Positions 22,243 to 33,244 of a DNA stretch of 64,000 nucleotides are shown here, one piece after another. The DNA comes from Diplonema japonicum (taxonomy: Eukaryota > Protista > Euglenozoa: Diplonemea), in the NCBI GenBank assembly GCA_964019335.1, contig OZ025749.1:62001-126000 (forward strand), written 5' to 3'. Position 1 is the first letter of the stretch; every line of letters starts with the position of its first letter. The translations under genes and the position numbers were made by a program. Below the pieces are notes generated by a model that searched no databases, was not told the DNA's origin, and saw nothing but the letters and a program-made list of their open reading frames with translations.

Positions 22243-22776
22243 AAACTACCTCTTCTGAGGCCATGTCTTATAAAAAAAAACCCCCCCCCTCCCCTTTTGT
22301 GGCACAAGTTACAAAGATGAATTCAAACCACAGGGGATGATAAAAAAAAAAAAAAATGTCCAATCGCGTTAAGGAGGCCGTTCCATATCTCAAGAATTAA
22401 CACCCCATCCAGTGTCGCAAGGACTGGAGGGAGGGCCTTTTCTTTTTTTTTTTTTTTTTTTTTTTTTCTGATTTGTCCTCTCAGCTGTGGAGCGATTCTT
22501 GGTTGATAAATAAAAGAAGTGCATCATCATCAGATGTGTTGCTCGCTTTTCTTTTTTTCTTTTTTATATTATTGTTTTGATCGAGCCCTTGCTGTCACCT
22601 TTTGCTGCTGTATCAGTTCGGCAGCATGCAAGATGGCTTGGCACCCCAGATCTGCCTGTTCATAGTCTCTCTCTGTTGGCCGGCCCCGTCCTAGCGAAAT
22701 CTGAAGGGCTGGGAAAAAAAAAAAAAAAAAAACAAAAAAAAAAAAAAAAACAAAAAAAAGGGAAAGAGAAAAAAAA

Positions 22777-23688
22777 ATGCCCCGGTTTGCCTCTCTTTTC
22801 GACAATAGTGATGATTCAGAATCCGACGACAAGGAAAAGGAGGTGAAGGGTGGAGAGACAAAGGCGGACACCAACGAGGACGCAAAGAACCCCGGCATGC
22901 TAGCGGAGGCAGAGGGGGAAGACGACCACCCCACCCCGACCCGCGACGAAAAAACCCCCCAAAAAGAAAAAATAGTGGTGAAAGTAAAAGAAGAAGAATA
23001 CCCGGACCACACCGTTTTCGCTACGCTACGGAGATACTCCTCACCAGAAATCCACAACGCGATAGAGGCGATGGGTTGCGGGAGCTGCTCTACAAACAAA
23101 TCAGCAGTTACTCTAACATCAGGAAAAGGCTCAATGACAGGCCGGGCCATCACTGTTACAATGAGATCGGGTGGGGAAAGCGACCCTGTCATGTGGCAGG
23201 ACTTCCTCACATATTTATCGAAAATGGAAGGAAGCAAAGTTCTTATCGTCCGGGACGTAGCCGGGCTAGACGCAAAGGCGAGCCTCTTCGACTCCACCAC
23301 CGTCCGGATCCTGAAAAGTTTCAACATTACCGGGGCAATTATCGATGGTGCTGTATCGTTCACAAATGTTCTGGATGTGGAGGGTTTCCCCACTCTTGCA
23401 ACATGCCACTCCCTTCAGGGAGGCATGAAGCACTCCACACCCCTCATCTGGGGGTCTGATGTAAACGTGTACTCTTCCAACGTGAAATTCAACAGTTTTG
23501 TTCACGCGGACAAGCACGGGTTCCTCACTCTCCCTCCTCCGGTGCCCCTCTCCCCTGTTATGAAGAGTTTGCTGGCCCAGGCGTGTGCGGCGCCACCTTC
23601 TATTGACCTCCCCACTTTATTTGAAAGCCTTGGGTGGGGCATCCCCGATGTTGAACTTCCAACGAAAAATAGTTCTGACAGTGAATAA
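22777..23688 (+). CDS. RraA-like / HMG-aldolase fold protein with acidic N-terminal extension
   Basis: LRRYSSPEIHNAIE, MTGRAITV, GAIIDGAV and FVHADKHG motifs, typical of the RraA-like family. Confidence 0.72.
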   Translation: MPRFASLFDNSDDSESDDKEKEVKGGETKADTNEDAKNPGMLAEAEGEDDHPTPTRDEKTPQKEKIVVKVKEEEYPDHTVFATLRRYSSPEIHNAIEAMGCGSCSTNKSAVTLTSGKGSMTGRAITVTMRSGGESDPVMWQDFLTYLSKMEGSKVLIVRDVAGLDAKASLFDSTTVRILKSFNITGAIIDGAVSFTNVLDVEGFPTLATCHSLQGGMKHSTPLIWGSDVNVYSSNVKFNSFVHADKHGFLTLPPPVPLSPVMKSLLAQACAAPPSIDLPTLFESLGWGIPDVELPTKNSSDSE

Positions 23689-24156
23689 ACTCTCGTGTGC
23701 TTTATTGGTTTTTTTTGTTGTTGTTGAGGGGGGGGAAAAAAAAAGAAGAAAGAAACAAAAAAAAAAAAAAGTAGACCCAGCATTCTCAAGGTGGGGTCGG
23801 GGGGTTTTTTTTTTTTATTTTTTGCCCTCTTTTTCCTTTTTTTTGTCTAGTTGTTTCCTTTTTTTTGTTTTTTTTTGTTTTATACCCTCTTTTTGTCAAT
23901 CTCGTCGGTTATGCCGGTGCTCCTTTGAAGTTCATCGGCTTGCTTACGGGAGTATGCTGCTTCGTTATAAGAGTGAAAAAGGCAGAATTCTTTTTTTCAA
24001 ACAAACATTGAGATTGCCCATATTCTGCCACTGCAGTGCCCGTGGACCACCTTGGTTTAGCAAATGTGATCCTTTTTTCTTCTTTTTCTTTCTGTACATT
24101 GTTCCTGTCCAATCCTCTGCGGATCAACATAGCACCACAAGCAAGATGTAAAGAAA

Positions 24157-24189
<33 letters not shown>

Positions 24190-24190
<1 letters not shown>

Positions 24191-24876
24191 TGGCCAACGA
24201 CGGCGGTAGTAAGAAGCGGAGCTTGCCAGACTGGATGGTGGCAGAGGATGGGAGGCAAACAACGAAGGCGAAGTACGTTCCTGCAAAGGACCTCCCCGAA
24301 AGAGAAAAACCAAAACCCATACAAGTCAAGAATCTCAACGGGAGGGTGGTGGTGCTTGACGTGGAAACAACAGGCTTCTCAACCTCCAGCAATAGGATCA
24401 TCGAGGTGGGTGCAGTTCAAATCTCCAACGGCGTGCTAACAGGGGTGAGCTTCTTGAAGCAAATCGATCCGGGGGAAGAATTTTATTCGAAACTCGGCCC
24501 CAGCCTCAAAAACGGGATCACGAGGGAGCAACTGGAACAAGGCGGGGACCCCAAGACAACCTTGTTCGCATTTGCAGAGTTCTTATCACACGCTGACCTC
24601 CTCGTTGCCCATAATAGTTCCTTTGACATTTCCTTCCTTGCCACTGAGTGCCACCGCCACTCTATTTCCTTTCCGGATGTTCCAACGCTCTGCACTCAAA
24701 AGGTGTTTCTCACCCTCCCCAACCATAATGGTTCCACCCTCTGTGACGCCCTGTCGTGGTACGGATTGGAACACAACCGCCGATTCGGCGAAACCCACAA
24801 CGCCCTCTGCGACGCAGAAGCAACAGCAAGGCTTTTACTAAAGCTGATAAAAAACGGAATACTGGAAGCTCAGTAG
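24190..24876 (+). CDS. DEDDh 3'-5' exonuclease (DnaQ / Pol III epsilon-like)
   Basis: ExoI VVLDVETTG, ExoII LVAHNSSFD, ExoIII HNALCDA. Confidence 0.9.
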
Positions 24877-25077
24877 ATTTTTTTTTTTTTTTTTGAAAGT
24901 CGATTCTTTCTTGCGGGCGTTAACCCCTCATAGTGGCTGCCGATGTACAGGTCTTCGAACACCTGTTCGGTGTCCTTGCAGCTGCGGTACTTCCTCCCCT
25001 TCTCGAAGGCCTTTGAGGTTTTGCAAAATCTCCACGTCTTGTCGCCTTCCAAAAAAAAAAAAAAAAAAAAAAAAAAG

Positions 25078-25230
25078 ATTCTTTATGACTATATGTCTTT
25101 GTTGTTCGCACGAGCAAAAAAAAAAAAAGGTTTTTAAAAAGCCGCGAAAGCTTTTTTTTTTTTGCTCGGCACAAGTTGCATATAGTTATAAAAATTATTT
25201 TTTTTTTTGAAAGATAAATATTTGTAACAA
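25078..25230 (-). repeat. Short dispersed repeat (~120-150 bp) with internal inverted repeat, copy A
   Basis: Reverse complement of 42643-42761 and 55900-56012; internal CGAGCAAAAA...TTTTTGCTCG. Confidence 0.85.
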
Positions 25231-25294
25231 AAAAAAAAAGAAGAAAAAAAAGTGGGGGTGAGAGGGGGGGCGGGGGGAGAGAGGGAAAAAAAAA

Positions 25295-25336
<42 letters not shown>

Positions 25337-25347
25337 AAAAAATAATA

Positions 25348-26841
25348 ATGAACATCTTCATCGTGCGCCATGGTGAACGCGAAGACAAGCAGCAAAACGG
25401 GGTGTGGACAGGCGGCCTCGACCCTGGGATCACGAAACTAGGCATATCTCAAGCTCTACTCGTCGGCGAGACCCTGCGCAAGGAAAACATTGACTACATC
25501 TACTCATCACCGTTTTACAGAACGGTCCTCACCGCCGTAGAGGTGGCGTTCACACTGGGGTTGAAGGTGAGGGTGGAAAACGGGCTATCAGAAACCCTTC
25601 TTCAGTCAATGTATCCTAAACAACCAGAAGTCGACCCAAAACGCGCTATCTCAGAAGGAATGAAAGCGTACATGTCTGACGACTATACCTCACCAACCAG
25701 GTTTCCAAAATACCCGGAGGATGAGTTATCCGCAAGAGTAAGAGTCTGCACGACGGTGGACAGACTGATCAAGAACCATCAGGGGGAAACGATGCCGTCG
25801 GGTAAACCAGCAAATATTGTTCTGGTGACGCATCTCCACGCGGTCCAAACTGCAACGTGTTACCTTTCCGGAACAAGGCAACAGGGTAAGGTCTCGTACG
25901 GCTGTCTCACCCACCTTAGGTACACGCCAGTTAGAAAAACATGGGACACAGTTCTTGCCTACGATGAGAAGCACTTAAAGGTATCGTTGGGAAGGAACAC
26001 CACCGCTGCCTTTGACGAAAGCACCACAACGGTTACGACGACAACCGCACAGACACAGTACAGAACCCCACCTCCATCGGAAGTAGCAGGTGTGAGGAAG
26101 GGTGTTAAGAAACGAAAAAAAGCAAATCTTCCCGAACAACTTGCTATCAACGCAACAGAAGTCCGGCGTCTCGAAGCGGAGCTTTTAAACGCAAAACAAC
26201 GCCGAACCGATATCTTGAAAAAAATTGCAATGCAGCATCTGAAACAAAACAAAGTCCACTCAAACCTGTGTATACTATGGGTCGTAGCTCCGCAGGTCTG
26301 CGCTCACGTTCTTTCATACCTCCAAGATACGGAATTTTTAAGCCTTTTGCAGACCACGAAAATTGTCAAAGCGTGTCTTAAAGAAGAACTGTCGGGGCTT
26401 ACGACAACACTCACACCGTCGGTTACAGCTACTACTTTTTTGTCTTCGCAATGTACATCTATTAGAGATTCGTTGTTGAAAGATTCTACATTGAGATCGC
26501 CGGACAGGCCGTCTGTCATTTTACGAGCGAAGAAACTCTTTGACGATGATGAAACTTGGGATCAAAACGAGTTGGCGTTGATTCGTGATACGATTGATGA
26601 CAGTAGTTTAGAGGACAGTGATGGGGGTGCGTCAGGGTGTGAGTCAGTAAGAGAAACTCCGGTGGCGCCTGCTCGTGTTCTTGAGATTTCCAGTGACGAG
26701 GGCTGTCAGTGGACAACACCTACATCGCCGACCATGGCTACGTACTCCCCTGGGATTACTAGAAGCGGCTCAAAAGCGCGCACCATTGCCGCCATTGTCT
26801 CGAGCGATAATTGTCACGGGTCGTGGGCTAAAATGCCTTGA
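25348..26841 (+). CDS. Histidine phosphatase (PGM-like) with C-terminal extension containing an F-box-like motif
   Basis: IFIVRHGER, IYSSPFYRTVLTA, ENGLSE and VLVTH motifs; APQVCAHVLSYLQDTEFLSLLQTTK later in the protein. Confidence 0.85.
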   Translation: MNIFIVRHGEREDKQQNGVWTGGLDPGITKLGISQALLVGETLRKENIDYIYSSPFYRTVLTAVEVAFTLGLKVRVENGLSETLLQSMYPKQPEVDPKRAISEGMKAYMSDDYTSPTRFPKYPEDELSARVRVCTTVDRLIKNHQGETMPSGKPANIVLVTHLHAVQTATCYLSGTRQQGKVSYGCLTHLRYTPVRKTWDTVLAYDEKHLKVSLGRNTTAAFDESTTTVTTTTAQTQYRTPPPSEVAGVRKGVKKRKKANLPEQLAINATEVRRLEAELLNAKQRRTDILKKIAMQHLKQNKVHSNLCILWVVAPQVCAHVLSYLQDTEFLSLLQTTKIVKACLKEELSGLTTTLTPSVTATTFLSSQCTSIRDSLLKDSTLRSPDRPSVILRAKKLFDDDETWDQNELALIRDTIDDSSLEDSDGGASGCESVRETPVAPARVLEISSDEGCQWTTPTSPTMATYSPGITRSGSKARTIAAIVSSDNCHGSWAKMP

Positions 26842-27588
26842 GATAGATTTTTTTTTTTTTTTTTTTTTTTAGATTTTTTTTTATTACCCCCCACCGCCTT
26901 TTTTATATGAAAAAAGGTTTTCAAAAAAAAAATAGAGTCTTTTGACTTTTTTTTTGGGGGGGGGGTTTTTTTTTGTTGTGAGAGAATGGTTTTTTCTTCT
27001 TTTTTTTTAACGGGTTTTATACAGGACTTTCTCCGGGTTTTCTGCCCCCTCCCATTCCCCGGCACGTACAAACAACGGTCAGTTTCCTTTCCCCCCCCCC
27101 CTTTTTTTTTCCCCCTTCACTCCACTCGTATTCACTTCTTTTTTTTTTTTTTTTTAGAGGCTGCCCTCAGGTAGGATTGTCTTTTAGCTTAAGATTTTTT
27201 TTTTATTATTGTCAAAAAAGAGGGGAAAAAAAAGAGGAAGAAGAAGAAGAAGAAGAAAAAAAAAAAAGAAAAAAAGAAAACCAGCGTGCCTTTTTGCCTG
27301 ATGACGACCAAGCACCTGGAGTTGCAAGATTACAACCACGAGCCTTCTGTCAGCAAAGGGGCTATACTCCCGAGCCAAAAGTTTAAAAAAAAAAAAAAAA
27401 AAAAAAATTGTCTATTCACTGCATGCTAAACATTGTCTTTTTTTTTTTCTTTCTCCCCCTTTTTATTTTTCTTTTCTTTAAATTTCTTTGTTTTACGATG
27501 TGCTGTAGGCTGGGGAAAAAAAAAAAAAAAAGAAAAAAAAAGAAGAAAAAAAGAGGGAGGAAGAAAGAAAAAAAAAGAAAAAAAGAAG

Positions 27589-28123
27589 ATGCCTCCCAAG
27601 TTTGATCCGAATGAAGAGAAGATTGTGATTCTCCGCGCTGTGGGGGGTGAGGTGCCTGCCGCTGCTTCCTTGGCACCTAAGGTCGGCCCAATGGGGCTGG
27701 CCGCAAAGAAAGTTGGGGATGACATTATGAAGAATACGAAGGCCTGGAAGGTACTATAATTTAAAAAAAAAAAAAAAAATCGCACAGGGTTTGAAAATCA
27801 CTGTGAAGCTGACTGTAAAGAACAGGCAGGCGAGCGTGTCAGTCCTTCCTTCCGCGTCATCCCTCCTTATCAAGGCGTTGAAGGAGCCGCCGAGAGACCG
27901 TAAAAAAGTCAAGAACATCAAACACGACGGTAACATCCCTCTTGAGCAGGTCATCGACATCGCCCGCACCATGTGGCCATCATCCATGGCCAAGTCCCTT
28001 GCGTTATGCACAATGGAAATCCTCGGCACAGCCAACTCCATCGGCTGTTCTATAAACGGCGAGGACCCAACGGATATCCAGGAACAAATTCGGAATAACG
28101 AAATCGAGATTCCCGAAAAGTGA
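27589..28123 (+). CDS. RPL12: 60S ribosomal protein L12 (uL11), two exons
   Basis: MPPKFDPNE...VGGEV...SLAPKVGP. Exons 27589-27750 and 27788-28123; a 37-nt GT-AG intron restores WK|GLKITVKL; [23 protein letters not shown]. Confidence 0.96.
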
Positions 28124-28201
28124 TAATTTTTTTTTTTTTTTTTTTTTTTTTCCCCCTCCACAAAAAAAAAAAAAAAAAAAAAGGAACAAAAAAAAAAAAA
28201 A

Positions 28202-29068
28202 ATGGACATAATCGGGTGGGTACAAACACTTCCGCCTGCGTACCAAGCGCTCTGTGGGACACTGTTTACATGGGGCGTGACGGCGCTTGGTGCATTGGTT
28301 GTCTTATTGGACCCCATGATGGGGAAGTCCTTCAGAGCAAAGTTTCTCGATATTTGCTACGGTTTCAGCGGAGGTGTCATGTTGGCAGCAAGCTACTGGT
28401 CGCTGCTTGCACCCGCGATCGATATCACCGAAAACAACTGGTGGGGGAAACAAGCAATGTGGGAACGACCGGACGGAAGCGAAATTACAATGGCGTGGGT
28501 CCCAGTTGCCATAGGCCTCGCTGCGGGCGTTTTGTTTGTCGTTGTGGGTGATTACATTGTGGGAAAGTACTTGGAAGGCGGTGGGAATGAGGCTGTAAAA
28601 CTAGCAAACATGAAACAACAAGCTTCTTGGAGACGGGTACTGCTCCTTGTGGCTGCAATTACCATCCACAACATCCCAGAGGGTTTGGCGGTCGGGGTTT
28701 CCTTTGGGGGGTCAAATTTTTATCAATCCGTGAATCTTGCGATTGGCATTGGGCTGCAGAACTTTCCAGAGGGTATGGCTGTGGCGCTCCCCCTTCGTCG
28801 GCAAGGGCTCCCCGTCCTAACTTGTATATGGTATGGACAGCTCTCGGGCATGGTCGAACCAATAGCTGGGGTGATTGGTGCCATGGCTGTGACAGCCGTT
28901 GAGCCTCTTCTCCCTTATGCTATGGCGTTCGCGGCGGGTGCTATGATATTTGTTGTTGTTGATGATTTGATCCCAGAATCGCACGCACAAGGAAATGGAA
29001 GGCTTTCCTCCATAGGTTGTATTTTAGGGTTTATCACAATGATGGCTCTTGATGTCGCCCTTGGTTAA
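28202..29068 (+). CDS. ZIP-family metal transporter (GufA/ZIP11-like)
   Basis: GFSGGVMLAASYWSLL, HNIPEGLAVGV, QNFPEGMAVALP, FAAGAMIFVVVDDLIPE. Confidence 0.93.
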   Translation: MDIIGWVQTLPPAYQALCGTLFTWGVTALGALVVLLDPMMGKSFRAKFLDICYGFSGGVMLAASYWSLLAPAIDITENNWWGKQAMWERPDGSEITMAWVPVAIGLAAGVLFVVVGDYIVGKYLEGGGNEAVKLANMKQQASWRRVLLLVAAITIHNIPEGLAVGVSFGGSNFYQSVNLAIGIGLQNFPEGMAVALPLRRQGLPVLTCIWYGQLSGMVEPIAGVIGAMAVTAVEPLLPYAMAFAAGAMIFVVVDDLIPESHAQGNGRLSSIGCILGFITMMALDVALG

Positions 29069-29498
29069 AAAAAATAAATAAAAAATAATAATAATTAGAA
29101 TCGGGAAATGGGGGAAGGGGAGGTCGAACTTTTTTTTTTCCCCTCCCCCCTCTTTCTTTTTGTGTATTTAATAAGTACGTGCTCAGTCTTCTTTTTTCTA
29201 GTGAGAGCGAAAAAAAAGAGAGGGGGGGGGGGGGGGAAGTCGACATTTTTTTATTATAAATCTCCCCCACCATTTTTTTTCTTCCCCCCCCCCCCAATTT
29301 ACCCACCCTATTTGTTTGTCTGTTTTTTTTTTTGTTATTTTTTTATTTTACTACCGTATTTGAAACTTAATAAAAAAATATGGAACGGGGGAGGGGGGGG
29401 AGAAGAACGAAAAAAAAATCTCTCCGAAAGAGAAAAAAAAGGGGGGGGGGGAGGGGGGAAAAAGAGAAGGTAAAAAAAAAGAAGAAAAAAGAAGAAAA

Positions 29499-29928
29499 AT
29501 GAGTAGAAACTCGCCAAGCCTAACCGCGAGTAACAAAAGGGAGCGGGTTTCGTACTTCTTCAGAAAGTTCAAGGAAAACAAGGATGAGGAAACGAAGCAA
29601 ATGTCCGGGAGGAAAAAGGAGAGCCCGACTACAAAAAGTCTGCCGAAAGTGGGAACCAGCGGAGGAGGGGGTGCCAGCCAACTTGTCACGCAAAACCAGC
29701 AGAATGTCACGGTAAAAGCTCAACCGCAGGTCACGGCGCATCCCACCGCCAACGGAAGAAATTTCTCGCCTGTAGTCGCGGCCAACTACGAACCCCTGCT
29801 ACCCCCACCTATATCAGGACACTCAGGAAGGGTTTGCTTGGTGTTGGATCTGGATGAAACTTTGGTCCACTCTTCCTTCCGGCCAGTCCCAATGCCCGAC
29901 ATGGTCCTTCCTATTGATATTGATGGTA

Positions 29929-29971
<43 letters not shown>

Positions 29972-30289
29972 CAATCTACCACGTGTACGTCAAAAAGCGG
30001 CCATTTGTGGACGAGTTCATGAAGTTTATCGAGCCGCTTTTCGAGGTGGTCATTTTCACAGCGTCACTCTCAAAGTACGCGGATCCTTTGCTCGACCAAC
30101 TTGACCCTGGGAGGAAGCTCATGGGTGGGTACCGGTTGTTCCGCGAGCACTGCTCCCACACCAACGGTGCCTATGTGAAGGATTTGTCGCTCTTGGGACG
30201 CGACTTGCATAGGATTTGTATTATAGATAATTCACCTGTTGCTTATTTATTCCAAGCACAGTATGTGGAAGAAGAAGAAGAAGAAGAAG

Positions 30290-30322
<33 letters not shown>

Positions 30323-30439
30323 AGGAACGCGTTACCATGCACTTCGTGGTTCGAAGATAAGGAAGACACAGAACTGAGGGATTTCCAACCCATGCTGGAA
30401 CAGATGTCAAAGTCAGATAGTGTTTACAGTATGTTCTTT

Positions 30440-30489
<50 letters not shown>

Positions 30490-30538
30490 AGTTCAACTCG
30501 ATGACTATCACAAACAACTTGCCAAGAGGGCCAAATAA
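29499..30538 (+). CDS. SCP/NIF-family small CTD phosphatase (HAD), four exons
   Basis: LVLDLDETLVHSSF, FTASLSKYAD, RLFREHC, YVKDLSLLGRDL, IIDNSP. Introns 29926-29968, 30261-30324 and 30429-30491 (third less certain; unspliced stop at 30445). Confidence 0.9.
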
Positions 30539-30859
30539 AGAGGGGGGGGGGAAATAATTAAAATGCAAAAAAAAAGCTCTCGGTTTACTCCTATTTCCCA
30601 CCCCCCCCCTTTCTTGTTTTATATTTTTTTGAAGGGGGAGAAACCTGGAAACCTGGAAAGAAAAAAAAAAAAGATGGGGGAAAAAAATTAATAAGGTCGG
30701 GGGAAGAGAAAAAAAAAAGTACTTTTCTCTCTTTCTCTCTCTCCTTCTATTGGCACAGAAAATGTACAACTACCCGAAGAAAAAAGAAAATAGGGGAAAA
30801 AAAAAAAAAGAAAAAAAAAAGAGAAGAAAAACAGCCTTTTTTTTTTCGTTTTAACCTCC

Positions 30860-30891
<32 letters not shown>

Positions 30892-33244
30892 CTTCTTTTG
30901 CGCCCTCAAAAGGTCTTAAATAGGGCTCCCCTGCCTACTTCTAAACTCTCCCCTCCCCTTTGAGTGCTGAAAGTAAAAACACGTTTTTTTTTTCCCCCCC
31001 TCTTTTTTTTTTTCTTCCTCCTTGTTTGTACTTTGGTGCTATTTCTTATTGAGATAAAGGGGGTGGTGGTGGTGTACAATAGAATTCAAAAAAAGAAAGG
31101 TGCTTCCTCATTGTCCCCCCTCCCCCTTTTTTTTTTACCTTCTTCTTCTTCGACTTGTCAGCGAGTTACCAAGTTGGCAGTAGTTTTACTGCTTTCTCCT
31201 TCCCTCTTTTTTTTCCCCCTCTCGGGGCCAACAAGATGTGGCAAAATCAGGTATCAGAGAAGAAGGGGGGGAACGTTTTTTTTTTTAAATTGATAGCAGT
31301 GTTCATAGACGGAATTGCCCCCCCCCCCCCCCCCCCAGGACATTTTTTTTGGAGCTTGATTTTTTTTTTTTTTTTTTTTTCCCCGACCGCCCTCATATTT
31401 TTTTGTGTGTTCGCAAAACATCATGTAAAAGTGCTTTTTTAGATTTTTTTTTATTCCTTTTTTTTATTCCCCTTGTGTTGAGGGGGGGGAATTTTTTTTT
31501 TTTTTGCCCTGCAAGTTGAAAAGAAATTTAAAAGCTACAGCTCTTAGTTCATAGCACGGGGCATGCCAACCTCCAAAACAAAACAAAAAAAATGGACGAA
31601 AAAAATAATTTTTTGTTCGGGGCGGGGGGTTTTTTTTTCTTTTCTTTTTTACGTCTTAAAAACTGCTTCATTTCCCTTCCCCCCCCCTCTTTTTTTTAAA
31701 CACGGGAATGTCTGAAAGGAGGAGGAAGGGGGGGTCTAAAAAAAACAAAATGCAATGAACGTTTTCACGTTTTATTAAAATGGAAAAAAAAAAGAATTTT
31801 TTTTTTTGAAATGATGCACGGGAAAAGTCGGGGAGGGGGAGGCACAATAGAAGAGATAAATCCAGTTCAATTTATCGCAAAGCTTTTGTGCCCACCCCCT
31901 CTCCTTGTCACACCCGGATGGAAAGAGAGGGAAAAAAAAAAATTTATATAACGAGTACGAATAAAAAAGAGATTTGGTCCATTTGAAAAAGAGAAAAACC
32001 TTTTTCTTTCTTTTTTTTTTTTGCAAGAATAATTTCCACCCCCGCCCCACCTGAGTGAATTTAGTTTTTTCTTTTTTTTTGAGAAACGGGGGGGCGGGGG
32101 GGGGGGGGGGGAAAGGGGAATCTTTCCTTTTCGTTTTTATTACTATTATAAACCTCTTGAATGAACGGTGCCCCCCCCCCCCCAAGAATCGTATTGACCC
32201 CCTTTTATTTGTTTAGTAGCCACATAAAAAAAAAATAAAGTTAACAGTTAAATTTTCGCTGCATTATCTGTGAAGAAAACCCCCCGCCCGTCAAAAAAAA
32301 GCAGTAAAAATTTTGGGGGATAAAGGTATTACTTAAGTAGTGAGGCCAAAAAAAAAGGGGGAGGGGGAATGCTGAGAAAGTGGCAATATTTTTTTATTGG
32401 AAGAAAAAAAAAAAACTAGCTGGAAGAAGTCACACGGCTGGTGTGAGACTTTCCTGCCCCCCCCCACTTTTTTTAAGTGTATATTTGGTCATTGTTCAAA
32501 GGATTCTTTTGTTTTTGTTTTTTATTTTGTTTGGCCATATGAGCAAAATTCTCAAAAAAAAACCTTGTTTTTTTTCTTCCGTAACTTCCCCCCCCCCCCC
32601 CCTTCTTCTTCTTCTTCCACTTCCTTTCCTTTTTTTCCCCCTTTCTTTTCTTCAAGCACACACGACCCCCCCCCCCCCCCCCTTCTGACCCATTTTCTCA
32701 AAAAAGAAGGGGGGGAAAGAAAAAAAAAGGAGGAAAAAAAAAGCAAAAAAAAAAAAGTAACAGGACCCCCACCTCTCACACTTTCCTCATTCTTCTCTCT
32801 TGTTCAAAAAAAAGGGTCATTCTTCACCCCCCCCCCCCCTTTCCCTTTTCTGTTTTGCTAGCTGCGAACAAAAGGCGGGGGGGGTTTTTTTTCTTATTTT
32901 AAAAATTAAAAAAAAAAATAACCGAAGAAAAAAAAAGTAAGGTAGTTTAAGAGAGGATGGGGGGGGCAAAGGTGGCGCAAAAAAAAAAGAAATGAAGAAG
33001 TTGAAGGGGGGTCACAGATTTTAACCAAGAAAAATATGAACCCTCCTTTATTCTCTCCACAATGAGAGGGGAAACCCCCCCCCCCCCCCCCCTTCCACTC
33101 AAACTCAGTCCCTCTTCTCCCATCCCCCCCCCCCCCCCCACACACACACACACACACCACGACATAACCTGCTTTTTATTTTTTATCTTTTTATTTTTTT
33201 ACTCGCAAAAAAAAGAAGAAGAAGAAGAAGAGGGAAACAAAACA

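Noticed and set aside
30540-33240. Many short poly-K/F/P/G ORFs here and in other spacers
   Set aside because: Translations of homopolymer runs with no coding signal.
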